A DNA stretch of 64,000 bases, from positions 211,154 through 275,153 of the forward strand of contig OY969804.1 in assembly GCA_963703275.1 (NCBI GenBank). The letters run 5' to 3'. This DNA comes from an uncultured Actinomycetes bacterium. GTDB taxonomy: Bacteria > Actinomycetota > Thermoleophilia > Gaiellales > JAICJC01. Made by a program: the position numbers and the translations under genes. Positions 9,774-22,358 of this stretch are shown here, one piece after another. A model generated the notes under the pieces. That model was given only the letters and a program-made list of their open reading frames with translations. It was not told where the DNA came from and did not search any database. The first letter of the stretch is position 1. Each line of letters begins with the position of its first letter.

Positions 9774-10788
9774 CACGCTCCCACGCGACAATCAGCGGAC
9801 GTGACGAGCAGCGTTGAGGGTGGCGAGCGGCAGGAGCACCTTCCAGCCGAGGCGCATCAGCTGGTCGTAGCGCAGGCGCGGCTGCGAGGCCCGCAGCCAG
9901 ATCGCGGCCAGGATGAAGATGGACGAGCTTCAAGCAGGAACCAGATCGGGCCCAGCGGTCGAGCGAACGGCACCCAGGGAAGTGCCAGCCGCCGAAGAAC
10001 AGGGTCGACGGCGAGCGCCGAGAGCACGATCATGTTGATGTACTCGGCGGTCTGGAACAGCCCCAGCGCATGCCGCCGAGTACTCGGTGTGGTAGCCGGC
10101 GACCAGCTCGGTGTCGGCCTCGGGCAGGTCGAAGGGCGATCGGCGACGTCTCGGCGATCCCGGCGAGCGAGGAACACCGCGAGGCCGACGAACTGGGGGA
10201 AGAAGAACCACAGGCCGTCGCGGTGCTGGGCGTTGACGATCCCCGTCAGCGACAGCGAGCGGCCCATCATCACGACGCCGAGCACGCGCAGGGCGAGCGC
10301 AGACCTCGTAGGAGACGAGCTGCGCGCAGGTCCGCATCGAGCCGAGCATCGAGTACTTCGAGCTCGACGCCCAGCCGCCGACGATGAAGCCGTAGATGCC
10401 GATCGAGCCGAGCGCGAACAGACCAGGAGCAGCGAGATCGGGTCCGAGATCCACAGGTGGAAGTGATACGCCGTGCCCGGGATCTCGGCCCGGCCGCCGA
10501 ACGGGATCACGCCGAACACCGCCAGCGAGGCGAACAGCGACACCACCGGGGCGGCGATGTAGAGCACCGGATTCGACGCCGACCGGGAGAATGCCTCCTT
10601 GCGGACGAGCTTGACCAGGTCGGCGATCGGCTGCAGCAGGCCGAACGGGCCGGCCCGGTTCGGCCCGTAGCGCAGCTGCATCCGGCCGAGCAGCTTGCGC
10701 TCGAGCCAGGTGTGTAGGCGAACACGGCCATCACGAGGTTGGCCATGATCAGCGACTTGATCAGCGTGGCGATGAAGCCGTCAGGCAT
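9773..10788 (-). CDS. nuoH: NADH-quinone oxidoreductase subunit H (many apparent frameshifts)
   Basis: [55 protein letters not shown]; boundaries approximate. Confidence 0.88.
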
Positions 10789-13097
10789 CCGCCGCCGCCT
10801 CCGCCGGCGCGACCCGGACGCTGCCGGGGCCGACGTGGGGGATCCGCGTGGGCAGCCGCACGACGCCCGGCCGCAGCGCCCGCTGTACGAGCGCCGGCCC
10901 GGTGTGGGTGCGCCCGTCCACCATCACCTCGATCCGGTCGCCGGTGGCAACGGCCAGCCGCTCGGCGTCGGCGTGCGCGATCTCGATCTCCCTTCCGGCG
11001 CTGGAACTCGAGCTGCGGGGTGTGGTCGACCGACGCGCCCGACATGAGCTCGCGATAGCCGACCACGAGGGTCTCGGGCAGGTCGGCGAGCGGACCGAGC
11101 TGGGGCACCGCCGGCGCGGCGGCAACCGCCGGGCGCGCTCCCAGTGGCGCGCGCTCGCCGATCTCCGACCACGACATGCCGCCGAAGGCCGGTCGGCGAG
11201 CGGCCAGATCGGCGAAGGCGCTCGGCGGGTCGTGGGGCAGGCCGACGCCCAGCCGGTCGCCGAGCTCGGCAGTCCAGGCGAGCCGTCCGGACGCCCGGCG
11301 GGGTGGCGGCGGCGGCCCGGACGCGCTGCACGCGGCCCTCGAGGTTGGTCACGTGCCGTCCTTCTCGAGCGTGGCGGTGGCGGGCACGACGTGGTCACCC
11401 AGCCCGTGGAGTCGTTCTGGAAGTCCGTGACCTGCAGGGCGAAGAAGCAGCGGGCCAGCGCCGCGCGCCAGCGCTCGCCGGAGTGCCAGTCGCCGACCGG
11501 GTCGGCGCCGAGCAGCACCATCGCCCTGATCTTGCCCGCCTCGGCCTGTTCGAGCGCCTGGTCGGGGGTGACGGTGCCGAGGCCGGCGGCGGTGCAGCCG
11601 ATCTCGTTGGCGGTCCGCGGAGTGCGCAGCACCGTGCATCCGGCCGAATGGGCGACATGGGCGAGCACCGAGGCCACCTCGGCCCGCATCGCGCCCGCCC
11701 AGATGACGATCGTGTCGGGCTCGCCGAGGTGCCCGGCCAGCTCGCCCTCACCCGCGGCCGCCTCGAGCAGGACGGTGTGGGACGTGCCGGGTGCGGCCGA
11801 GATGTGCACGGCGCCGCGCAGCGTGCCGAGCCGGGTCGCGCCCGGGCCGACGGTGACGACGCGCGCGCCGTTGCGAACGCCCTTGCGGATCCAGAGCTCG
11901 AGCACGGGCGCCCGGTGGGCGAGATCCGCGTCGCCCGCGACGACGATGGTGGCGGCGCCGGCCAGATCCTCGATCGCGGCGGCGTGGGGCTCGAGCTGCG
12001 CCCACCAGGGGCCGCCCTCGGCGCCGGAAACACTGACGCCGCCCCCGAGCGCCTCGTCGAGCACCCGCGCCCACGCGTGGGCCTGCTCGATGGTCTGCTC
12101 GCCCGAGGCCAGCACGGCCACCGAGCCGGGGCCGAACCGCTCCACGGTCGCCCGCAGCCGGTCGGCGACTGGTCGAGCGCCTCGGTGGTGGACACCGACT
12201 CCAGGCCGCGGCCGCCGCGGATCAGGCTCTGCGTGACCCGGTCGGGCGCGGTGAGGTGGCCGAGGCGAAGCGGCCCTTGTCGCACAGCCAGCCCTCGTCG
12301 ACCTCCGGGTGGTTGCGCGAGAGGATCCGCTTGACCTGGCCCTCGCGGGTGGTCGCGTAGATGTTGCAGCCGACCGGGGCAGAGGCCGCAGACGGTGGGG
12401 ACGTTCTGGATCTCCCAGGGCCGGGCCTCGAAGCGGTACTGGGTCGAGGTGAGCGCGCCGACCGGGCAGAGCTCGATCACGTTGCCGGAGAACTGCGCCG
12501 CGGTAGGGCTCGTCGCGCGAAGGTCGCGATCATCGACTGCGCGCCGCGGTTGACCGCGACGAGCTGCCCGTCCTCGGCGACCGACTCGGAGAAGCGCGTG
12601 CAGCGGTAGCAGAGGATGCAGCGCTCGCGGTCGAGCGCGATCGTCGGCGAGATCGGGATCGGCTTCTCGAGCGTGCGCTTCGGCGAAGCGTCATGCGGGT
12701 GATCGCCGGGCCCGTAGCGGAAGGTCAGATCCTGCAGCGGGCACTCGCCGCCCTTGTCGCAGACCGGGCAGTCGAGCGGGTGGTTGACGAGGATGAACTC
12801 GAGCGTCGCGTTCTGGGCCTCGGCCGCCAGCTCGCGAGCTGAGCGCCGTCTTGACCACCATCCCCTCGGCCGCCGTGCAGCGTGCAGGCCGCCTGCGGCT
12901 TCGGCGGGCCCGGCGCGACCTCGCACAGGCACATCCGGCAGGCGCCGACCGGCGGCCCCGAGCCGCGGCTCGTAGCAGAACACCGGGATCTCGATCCCGG
13001 CCGCGAGCGCCGCCTCGACCAGGCCAGTGCCCTTGGGCACCGTCACCTCGCGCCCGTCGATCGTGAGCGTGACCGTCTCGGTCTCGACGGTTGCCAT
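10781..13097 (-). CDS. nuoG: NADH-quinone oxidoreductase subunit G (apparent frameshifts)
   Basis: TLTIDGREVTVPKG, FCYEPRLG, NHPLDCPVCDKGGECPLQD, RCILCYRCTRF, IELCPVGALT. Confidence 0.9.
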
Positions 13098-13267
13098 TAC
13101 GCGTCCTCCTCGCCCTCGGAGTCGTCGTCGGCGTAGAGGGCGGCGGCCATGTCGATCTCGTCCTGGGCGGCGGCGATGCGCAGGAGCGACGGCACCACGA
13201 GCTCCGGATCCTCGCCCGCCTCGATCCGGCGGCGCACGTCGAGGAAGGCGTCGTGGAAGGTGCTCAC
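13097..13267 (-). CDS. 56-aa acidic hypothetical protein inside the nuo operon
   Basis: MSTFHDAFLDVRRRIEAGEDPELVVPSLLRIAAAQDEIDMAAALYADDDSEGEEDA; GTGA overlap with nuoF stop and TAATG overlap with nuoG start. Confidence 0.7.
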   Translation of the reverse strand: MSTFHDAFLDVRRRIEAGEDPELVVPSLLRIAAAQDEIDMAAALYADDDSEGEEDA

Positions 13268-14602
13268 GGCGCCACCCCCGCGGCGGGCGTCACGATCGGC
13301 TCGTGATAGAGGCTCGCGATCGGGCTCTGCTCGTCGAAGGGGCAGCCGCCCTCGTCGATGTGGCGCTCGAACTCGGCCCGCCACTTGTCGACGTAGCTCG
13401 CGACCGGATCGACAGCGAGTCGCCGAGCGCGCACAGCGACTTGCCGAGGATGCGGTCGCACGACGAGCGGAGCAGGTCGAGGTCGCCCTGCTCGGCCGCG
13501 CCCGCCTCGATGCTTCTCGAGGAGCTGCACCATCCAGCGCGTGCCCTCGCGGCAGGGCGTGCACTTGCCGCAGCGACTCGTGCATGTAGAACTTCGGTCG
13601 AGCGCAGCGCGAGCTGCACCATGCAGCAGCGGTCGTCGACGACGATCAGCGAGGCGGCGCCGAAGAACGTGCCCGATCGCGCCGAGCGAGTCGTAGTCGA
13701 GCGGGACGTCGATCTGGTCGGGCGAGAGCGCCGGCACCGACGAGCCGCCCGGGATCACCGCCTTGAGCTCGCGCCCGTCGGCGACCCCGCCGCGCGTGGT
13801 CGTAGATCAGCTCGCGCATCGGCGTGCCGAGCTCGAGCTCGTAGTTGCCCGGGCGCGCGACGTTGCCCGAGATCGAGAAGATCGCCGTGCCCGGCGAGCG
13901 CTCGGCGCCGATCGCCGCGAACGCCTCGCCGCCCAGCTCGATGATCGTACGGCACCGACGCTGCGATCGTGCAGACGTTGTTGATCTGGGTCGGCGCGGT
14001 GAAGAGCCCCTGCGACCGGGCGGGAACGGCGGCCGCGGGCGCGGCTGGCCGCGCTCGCCCTCGAGCGAGTCGAGCAGCGCCGTCTCCTCGCCGCAGATGT
14101 AGGCGCCGGCGCCGCGGTAGACGCGTGAGCTCGACCTCGCCGAGCAGGCGGCCGCGCCGCGCGCGCGCCTCGCTCGACGCGCGCGCTCGAGGATCTCGTA
14201 CTCGGCGCAGGTACTCGCCGCGGATGTAGATGAAGACGTGCGGTCGACTCGATCGCGTGCGCGGCGATCAGGCAGCCCTCGATCAGCGCGGTGCGGGACC
14301 CGCGCCATCACCTCGCGGTCCTTGAACGCCCCCGGCTCGGACTCGTCGGCGTTGACGACGAGGTACTTGGGCTTCGGCGCTCGCCGGTCGATCAACGAGG
14401 CCTTGCGCCCCATCGGGAAGCCGGCGCCGCCGCGGCCGCGCAGGCTTCGAGCCGTCGACGCGTCGGCGATCAGCTCGTCCGGCGTCCATCCCGCGCGCCT
14501 GCGCGCAGCGACCTGTAGCCGCCGACGCCTGCGCGTAGGCGTGCGAGCGTCGTCAGGTCGTGCTCGTCGGTCGCCGGCGAGCAGGAGGCTACGCGCGCTC
14601 AT
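13264..14602 (-). CDS. nuoF: NADH-quinone oxidoreductase subunit F (many apparent frameshifts)
   Basis: LRGRGGAGFPMGRK, NADESEPGAFKDR, YRGAGAYICGEETALLDSLEG, CGKCTPCREG. Confidence 0.9.
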
Positions 14603-15085
14603 CCCGAGCTCCTCCCTCACGATCGCGGCCGCACGCGGTCGGGCCCGAACGTGCTGGTGGTAGCGGTGGTCGACGCGACCACCGTCGCGTAGCCGCAGCC
14701 GCCGAGGCACTCGACCGTGCGCAGTGTGACCACGCCGTCGGCGGTCGTCTCGCCCGCGTCGGATGCCGAGCTCGTGCTCGAAACGCCTCGACGACCTCGC
14801 TGGGCGCCGACGAGCGCGCAGGAGAGGTTGGTGCAGACCTCGACCAGGTGGCGCCCGACGGGCTCGAGGTGGAACATGTCGTAGAACGAGGCGACCGACT
14901 TGGCAGAGCGCGGGCGTGAAGCCCGAGCGCGTCGGCGACCTCGCGTATCGCCTCGGGCGGGAGCCAGCCGTACTCGCTCCTGGGCGAGCCGCAGCGCCGG
15001 GATCGTAGCGCGCGAGCGCGACGCCCTCCGGGAAGCGCGTCGCGCAGCGGCGCTGCGATCCGCGTCGAGCGAGCGTCTCGCTCAC
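14599..15085 (-). CDS. nuoE: NADH-quinone oxidoreductase subunit E (apparent frameshifts)
   Basis: FYDMFHLEPVGRHLVEVCTNLSC...TVECLGGCG 2Fe-2S motifs. Confidence 0.85.
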
Positions 15086-16376
15086 CGGTCGACCTCGCCC
15101 ATGACCGTGTCGAGCGAGCCGACGATCGCGATCATGTCGGCGACGAGCGCGTCGCCGCATGCAGGTCGCGGTCGCCTGCAGCGCGACGAAGCGACGGGGC
15201 GCGGAACTTGCACCCGCCACGGCCTCGGGCCGCCGTCGGAGACGACGTAGCAGCCGAGCTCGCCGCGCGGCGACTCGACCGTGACGTACACCTCGCCCTC
15301 GGGCACGCGGTAGCCCTCGGTGACGATCTTGAAGTGGTGGATCAGCGACTCCATCGAGGTGTGGAGCTCCTCGCGCGGCGGCAGCACGACCTTGCGGTCG
15401 TCGCGATCCACGGCTCGCCGTCCATCGCCTCGAGCCTGTCGAGGCACTGCTCGATGATCTTGCACCGACTCGCGCATCTCCTCCATGCGGCACCCGGTAG
15501 CGCGCGTAGACGTCGCCCTCGTCGTGGACGGGACACGTCGAAGTCGCACTCGGCGTAGGCGAGGTAGGGCGTCGACCCGGCGCAGGTCCCAGTCGACGCC
15601 CGAAGCCGCGCAGCACGGGCCCCGACTGGCCCGAGCGCGATCGCGTCGTCGGCCGAGAGCAGCCCGAGCCCGACCGTGCGCTCGAGCCAGATCTTGTTGC
15701 GGTCGACGCAGCGTCTCGTACTCGTCGACCGCCTGCGGCATCCAGTCGCGAAGCTGCGCGCGCCTCGGGGAAGAAGCCGCGCGGGATGTCCTCGGCGAGC
15801 CCGCCGGCCTGGAAGTAGCGCGTGTGCATGCGCGCCCCGCAGACCATCTCGAACAGGTCGAGGATCTGCTCGCGCTCGCGGAAGCAGTACCAGAACATCG
15901 AGATCGCGCCCAGCTCGAGCGCCGGCGGTGCCGAGCCAGACGAGGTGCGAGTGGATCCGGTTCAGCTCGCAGAGAGCACGTGCGCATCCACTGCGCCTTC
16001 GGCCGGCATCTCGAGCCCGAGCAGCTTCTCGATCGCGAGCACGAAGACGAGCTCGTTGTGCTGGAAGGAGAGGTAGTCGATCCGCTCGGGGTAGGTGATC
16101 GCCTTCCACCAGGTCTTCTGCTCCATGTTCTTCTCGAAGCCGGTGTGGAGGTAGCCGATGACGGCCTCGAGGCCGACCACGTCCTCGCCGTAGAGGTCGA
16201 CGATCAGGCGCAGCACGCCGTGGGTCGAGGGGTGGTTCGGCCCGAAGTTGATCGTGATCAGGACGTCCCCGGTCGCGGCAAGCTCGTCGGTCGACGCGCA
16301 GCACCGTCGGGATCGGCGCGGAATCCGCGTGCCCTCGTAGATCGGGGCGCGCTGGCCGCTCGGGTGCGATCGCCAC
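15082..16376 (-). CDS. nuoD: NADH-quinone oxidoreductase subunit D (apparent frameshifts)
   Basis: NFGPNHPSTHGVLRL, GYLHTGFEK, ELNRIHSHL, VESPRGELG, DTVMGEVDR. Confidence 0.92.
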
Positions 16377-16957
16377 TACTCGTCCTCCGAGAAGCGGACC
16401 GGCTCGCCGCCGATCGGGTAGTCCTTGCGCAGCGGATGCCCCTCCCAGTCGTCGTCGGTCAGGATAGCCGGCGCAGGTTCGGGTGGCCCGTCGAACGCGA
16501 TGCCCATCAGGTCGACGGCCTCGCGCTCGTGCCAGTCGGCGGTCGGCCAGACCGGAACGACGCTCGGCACCGGCTCGCCGTCGTCGAGCCAGACCTGCAG
16601 CCGCACCCGCGCGCCGGGCGCCTCACCGACGTGCGCGAGGTGGTAGCTGACCGCGAACCGCTTCGGCTTGGCTGCTGGGGGGTGGCTGGAGCGCCCTGGC
16701 TCGTCGGGGGCGTTGAGGTCGCGGCCGCGCGGCGGTGCCGATGTAGCCGGAGACGCCGGCTCCCCGTAGCCGAGGTAGTCGGTCGCGGCGATGTCCGAGA
16801 GGAAGTTGAAGCCCTGCTCGTCGCGCAGGTAGGTGCCCACGGCCACCAGGTGCTCGGGTTTGAGGGTCAGCGCGGGCATGTCGATCCCCGTCTCGTGCCC
16901 GACGACGGATTTGGGCACGGCCTTTCGCACCGCCGCCGCGAGCTGCGCAGCCGTCAC
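16376..16957 (-). CDS. nuoC: NADH-quinone oxidoreductase subunit C (local frameshifts)
   Basis: [30 protein letters not shown]; GTG start overlaps the nuoB TGA. Confidence 0.9.
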   Translation of the reverse strand: MTAAQLAAAVRKAVPKSVVGHETGIDMPALTLKPEHLVAVGTYLRDEQGFNFLSDIAATDYLGYGEPASPATSAPPRGRDLNAPDEPGRSSHPPAAKPKRFAVSYHLAHVGEAPGARVRLQVWLDDGEPVPSVVPVWPTADWHEREAVDLMGIAFDGPPEPAPAILTDDDWEGHPLRKDYPIGGEPVRFSEDE

Positions 16958-17482
16958 GCCTGCGACTTCTCCTGCTCGTAGGCCGGCGGGATGCCCGCGC
17001 GGATCTGCCTGGTGCAGCCGGATGATCCCCTCCATCAGCTGCTCGGGCCGGGGCGGGCAGCCGGGCACGTAGACGTCGACCGGGACGATCTTGTCGACCG
17101 ACTGCAGGATCGCGTAGTTGTTGAACATGCCGCCCGAGCTCGCGCAGGCGCCCATCGCGATCACCCACTTCGGCTCGAGCATCTGGTCGTAGATCTGGCG
17201 CAGCGGCGCCGCCATCTTGTGCGACACGCGGCCCGAGACGATCAGCAGGTCGGCCTGGCGCGGCGAGGAGCGGAACGCCTCCATCCCGAAGCGGGCGATG
17301 TCGTAGCGCGGCGAGGCGATCGACATCATCTCGATCGCGCAGCAGGCGAGGCCGAACGTGTCCGGCCACATCGACTTCGTCTGCGCCCACGCGACCGCCT
17401 TCTCGAGCGTGGTCAGCATCACGTACTGCTCGAGATCCTCGGCCCGGACGGCGCGGTCGATGTGGACGGGCGTTACCGCCAT
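16954..17482 (-). CDS. nuoB: NADH-quinone oxidoreductase subunit B (one apparent indel near 3' end)
   Basis: [39 protein letters not shown]. Confidence 0.93.
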
Positions 17483-17835
17483 TCGAGCGCCCCCCGTTTC
17501 CACACGTACACGTAGGCGACCACGAGCAGGATCACGAACGTGACCATCTCCGTGAGCCCGAACCACCGCAGCGCGTGCAGCGAGAGGGCCAGCGGATACA
17601 GGAACACGATCTCGATATCGAAGACGATGAACAGCATGGCGGTCATGTAGTAGCTGATCGTGAAGCGGCCGGGGACGAACGTGTGCGACGAGACGCCCGA
17701 TTCGAACGGGATGCTCTTGTCGCCGGCGTGCCGGGAGGTGCGCGTGGAGAGGGTGAAAGTGGCGATCAGCAGGCTGAACGGGATCACGAATGCGATCGCC
17801 GCGAACACCAGCAGAGCTGCCCAGTCGCCGAGCAC
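17473..17835 (-). CDS. nuoA: NADH-quinone oxidoreductase subunit A
   Basis: 120 aa; [32 protein letters not shown]; TATAGT 8 nt before GTG. Confidence 0.95.
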   Translation of the reverse strand: MLGDWAALLVFAAIAFVIPFSLLIATFTLSTRTSRHAGDKSIPFESGVSSHTFVPGRFTISYYMTAMLFIVFDIEIVFLYPLALSLHALRWFGLTEMVTFVILLVVAYVYVWKRGALEWR

Positions 17836-17975
17836 CGAGGGCGACTATAGCACCGCTCACAAACGCCACCGGACGGGGGCGCCGATCCGTTTGTTTTGGC
17901 CGAATCTCGCCGAGCACCCGCTGTCACAAGCGGTGTGTCCAGGGCGCCCGGATTACACTGCGGCGGGGAGCGACC

Positions 17976-18974
17976 GTGAGTTCTGATCAGATTCTCGACA
18001 TCACCATCATCGGCGGCGGCCCGACCGGGCTCGCGGCCGCCTACTACGGCGGCCACCGCGATGCGAGCGTGCGGATCGTCGAGAGCCTCGAGCAGCTGGG
18101 CGGCCAGGTCTCGGCCGTGTACCCCGAAAAACACATCTTCGACGTCGCCGGCTATCCCAAGATCAACGGCCAGGAGCTGATCGACCGGCTGACGGACCAG
18201 GCGATGCAGTACGAGCCCGATGTCCGCCTGGGCGAGGTGGTCGAGACGATCTCGCATCGCGACGACGGCGTGATCGAGCTTCACACCGCCCACGGCGAGA
18301 CACTGCTCACGCGCACGATGATCATCACCGCCGGCCACGGCGCCTTCAACCCGCGCAAGCTCGACCTGCCCGATCTGGAGCGGTGGGAGGGCAACGGCCT
18401 GCACTACTTCGTCAAGCGCAAGGAGGCGTTCGCCGGCCGCCGCGTCGTGCTGGTGGGCGGCGGCGACTCGGCGCTCGACTGGGCGCTCGGCCTGCAGGAC
18501 ACCGCCGAGCCGCCGATCACGCTCATCCACCGGCGCGACCGTTTCCGCGGCCTCGAGTCGTCGGTCAACGAGGTGCGCCGGCTGGCCGGCGAGGGGCGGG
18601 TCGAGATCCTGGTGCCGTGCGAGGTGCGCGCTGCCGCGGGCAACGGCCGGCTCGAGCAGATCACGGTCGAGAACACCGAGACCGGCGAGCTGCGCGAGGT
18701 CGCGTGCGACGAGCTCGTGACCCTCCTCGGCTTCGTCTCCCACCTGGGCCCGATCGCCGACTGGGGCCTCGAGTTCGCCAACAAGCGCCAGATCCGGATC
18801 AACCAGAGCTGCGAGACGAACCTGCCCGGCGTCTACGCCGCCGGCGACGTCGCCGGCTTCGACGGCAAGATCACGCTGATCACGGTCGGCTTCTCGGAGG
18901 CCGCGCTCGCGGCGAACCACGCCGTGGCGAGCATCCGCGGCGAGAAGGCCCAGCCCAAGTACTCGACGGAGTGA
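17976..18974 (+). CDS. TrxB-like FAD/NAD(P) oxidoreductase (ferredoxin-NADP reductase type 2 family)
   Basis: GGGPTG, GGQVSAVYPEKHIFDVAG, VGGGDSALDW, TNLPGVYAAGD; no CxxC. Start set at GTG 17976 after GGAG. Confidence 0.88.
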   Translation: MSSDQILDITIIGGGPTGLAAAYYGGHRDASVRIVESLEQLGGQVSAVYPEKHIFDVAGYPKINGQELIDRLTDQAMQYEPDVRLGEVVETISHRDDGVIELHTAHGETLLTRTMIITAGHGAFNPRKLDLPDLERWEGNGLHYFVKRKEAFAGRRVVLVGGGDSALDWALGLQDTAEPPITLIHRRDRFRGLESSVNEVRRLAGEGRVEILVPCEVRAAAGNGRLEQITVENTETGELREVACDELVTLLGFVSHLGPIADWGLEFANKRQIRINQSCETNLPGVYAAGDVAGFDGKITLITVGFSEAALAANHAVASIRGEKAQPKYSTE

Positions 18975-18976
18975 GC

Positions 18977-19007
18977 GCGCCAAACGGGGTCAGACCCCTT
19001 TTGGCGC
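18977..19007. repeat. 31-bp palindromic element, variant copy D
   Basis: GCGCCA-AAC-GGGGTC-A-GACCCC-TTT-TGGCGC; same 6-3-13-3-6 geometry as copies A-C, starting 3 nt after a stop codon. Confidence 0.7.
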
Positions 19008-19040
19008 ACACAACGCTCGCCCACGGATAGTCTGCGTCCC

Positions 19041-20371
<1,331 letters not shown>

Positions 20372-20375
<4 letters not shown>

Positions 20376-21097
20376 GCGTGGACGTCCTGGTGCTCCAGCA
20401 CATCGCGTGTGAGCCGCCGGGCGAGTACGAGACGGTGCTGCGCGAGCGCGGGGCGAACCTGCACCGGGTGGAGCTGGACGAGGGCGACCCCCTGCCGCCG
20501 TGGCGCGACTTCGACGCCATCGTCGCGATGGGCGGGCCGATGAGCGTGAACGACGACGCCGACCTGCCCTGGCTCACCGGCGAGAAGCGCGCGATCGGGG
20601 AGGCGGTGCGCGCCGGTGTCCCGTACTTCGGCGCCTGCCTGGGCGTGCAGCTGCTCGCTGCGAGCCTCGGTGCCCGGGTGTATGCGGGGCCGGAGCCCGA
20701 GGTGGGCGTGCTGCCGGTGACGCTGACGCCCGAGGGCGTCGCCGATCCCCTGTTTGCCGGGCTGCCGCCGGCGTTCCCGACGCTGCAGTGGCACGGCGAC
20801 ACGTTTGACCTACCCGACGGGGCCACCCGGCTCGCGTCGTCGCCGGCCTTCCCGAACCAGGCCTTCCGGTACGGCGAGACCGCGTACGGCATTCAGTTCC
20901 ACGTCGAGGTGCTACCGGCGATGGCGCGCGAGTGGGCCCGGGTGCCCGCCTATGCGGAATACGCCGATCGGGTGCTGGGTGCCGGCGGGATGGAGCGGCT
21001 GATGGACGACTTCGACGCCGCCCAGGCCGCGATGCGGGCCACCGGCAGGGATCTCTTCGCGCGCTGGGCCGACCTTGCCGTCCCCAGCGTCCGATAG
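20372..21097 (+). CDS. Type 1 glutamine amidotransferase (GMP-synthase-like)
   Basis: GACLGVQL nucleophile elbow, QWHGD, QFHVE; GTGA overlap with fumC. Confidence 0.88.
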
Positions 21098-21146
21098 CCG
21101 CTTCCTGGCGCTTCGCTTCGCCGCCCAGGAGGCGACCGACTTCGAC

Positions 21147-21434
21147 ATGAGCGACGACGCCGTGCGCCGCTTCATCGAGCTGCGCGACGGCGGGGCCGGT
21201 ACGGCCGAGATCGGCGAGCGGCTCGGCGTCGACAGGGAGGTGGCCGAGGCACTGGTCAAGGCCGACGATGCCCAGGCGCTCGCGCACCGGATCGCCGCGG
21301 GCGAGGAGCCGATGTACCCACCCCCGGCTCCGGCCGACCGGGTCGTCGATGCCCGCGCCGGCTCGGCCTGGGTCCCGATCGGCGTGCTGATCGTCGTGCT
21401 CGTGGGCGTGATCGTCTATGCGCTCGTGCGCTGA
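21147..21434 (+). CDS. Hypothetical protein with C-terminal transmembrane anchor
   Basis: 95 aa from ATG after AGGAGG; helical N-terminus and C-terminal hydrophobic helix; start uncertain. Confidence 0.55.
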   Translation: MSDDAVRRFIELRDGGAGTAEIGERLGVDREVAEALVKADDAQALAHRIAAGEEPMYPPPAPADRVVDARAGSAWVPIGVLIVVLVGVIVYALVR

Positions 21435-21443
21435 GCGCGGGCC

Positions 21444-22241
21444 TTACGAGGCCCGGCTTGGCGTCGAGACGAAGTCCTTGACGAGCGCTCCGGTCTCGGC
21501 CAGGGCGTCCCAGAGCGGCGTGTGCCCTCCCGGCACCACCTCGACGCGCGACCGGCGGAGCTCCGTCGCCGCCCGCTCCGCGTCGGCCGCGGTGAAGACC
21601 CGCGAGCGATCGCCGCGGACGAGCAGCACCGGGCACACGACCTCCTTCAGATCGGCGCCGACCGGCTCGGCCAGCGCCGCCAGCGCCGCCGCCGCCGCGT
21701 CGTGGCTGTAGCGAAAGCGCAGGCGGCCGTCGTGGTCGGCGACCAAGTGCTCGGCCAGATCCTCCTCGAGCAGCACCCGCGGCGTGTGCTCGAGGCCCGC
21801 GAACCCCGGCCATTCCGCGATCGCGGCATCGGCGCTCGTGAACACCTGGCCCTCCCGCTCCACCTCGGCCAGGGCCAGCATCCGCTCCGGCGGCGGGCGC
21901 AGGGGCGGGTCGAGCAGCGCAAGCATGGTGACCCTGCCGCCGTGGCGGGCCGCGTACTCGAGCGCGATCCGGCATCCGAACCCGTCGCCGATCAGCGCCG
22001 TCTGCTCGACGTTCACCGCCTCGAGCACCTCGTCGAGGTCGGCGGTGTGCTGGGCGACGGTGTGCGGCCCCGACCACGGCGACCGGCCGTGGCCGCGCAG
22101 GTCGTATGCAATCACCCGCCGCTGTCCGATGAGCATCCGCCCGAGCCGCTCGAAACGGCGTGCGTGAGCGCGGGCACGGTGCAGGCAGACGACCGGCGGC
22201 AGGTCTCCCTGGCCCCACACAAAGATGTGAAACCTGCTCAC
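21444..22241 (-). CDS. Alpha/beta hydrolase fold protein
   Basis: YDLRGHGRS; nucleophile elbow reads GDGFG (Gly where Ser/Asp is expected); C-terminal GGH. Confidence 0.85.
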   Translation of the reverse strand: MSRFHIFVWGQGDLPPVVCLHRARAHARRFERLGRMLIGQRRVIAYDLRGHGRSPWSGPHTVAQHTADLDEVLEAVNVEQTALIGDGFGCRIALEYAARHGGRVTMLALLDPPLRPPPERMLALAEVEREGQVFTSADAAIAEWPGFAGLEHTPRVLLEEDLAEHLVADHDGRLRFRYSHDAAAAALAALAEPVGADLKEVVCPVLLVRGDRSRVFTAADAERAATELRRSRVEVVPGGHTPLWDALAETGALVKDFVSTPSRAS

Positions 22242-22358
22242 TGGACTAGTCTACGACCGCGTTGCCGGACAGGCTGAGAGGGGGCATACGCCCGCCCCAG
22301 CGTCTAAGCTCCGCCTTCATGCCGGTGCCCCTGCGTTCAGACATGCGCTGAAGCCCAT

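Noticed and set aside
8289-9791. 500-aa ORF joining parts of nuoI, nuoJ and nuoK
   Set aside because: A mosaic created by indels; separate coupled junctions are visible at 9253-9256 and 8592-8596.
7640-17000. nuo genes as true pseudogenes or programmed frameshifts
   Set aside because: Too many scattered indels with preserved motifs and no slippery-site pattern; assembly error is more parsimonious.
16376-17917. Apparent NuoB-NuoC fusion ORF of 513 aa
   Set aside because: One extra base near the nuoB 3' end joins the frames; a normal GTGA stop/start junction exists at 16954-16957.
17850-17935. Rex operator upstream of nuoA
   Set aside because: Two TCACAA half-sites are present but not in the TTGTGA-N6-TCACAA inverted arrangement.
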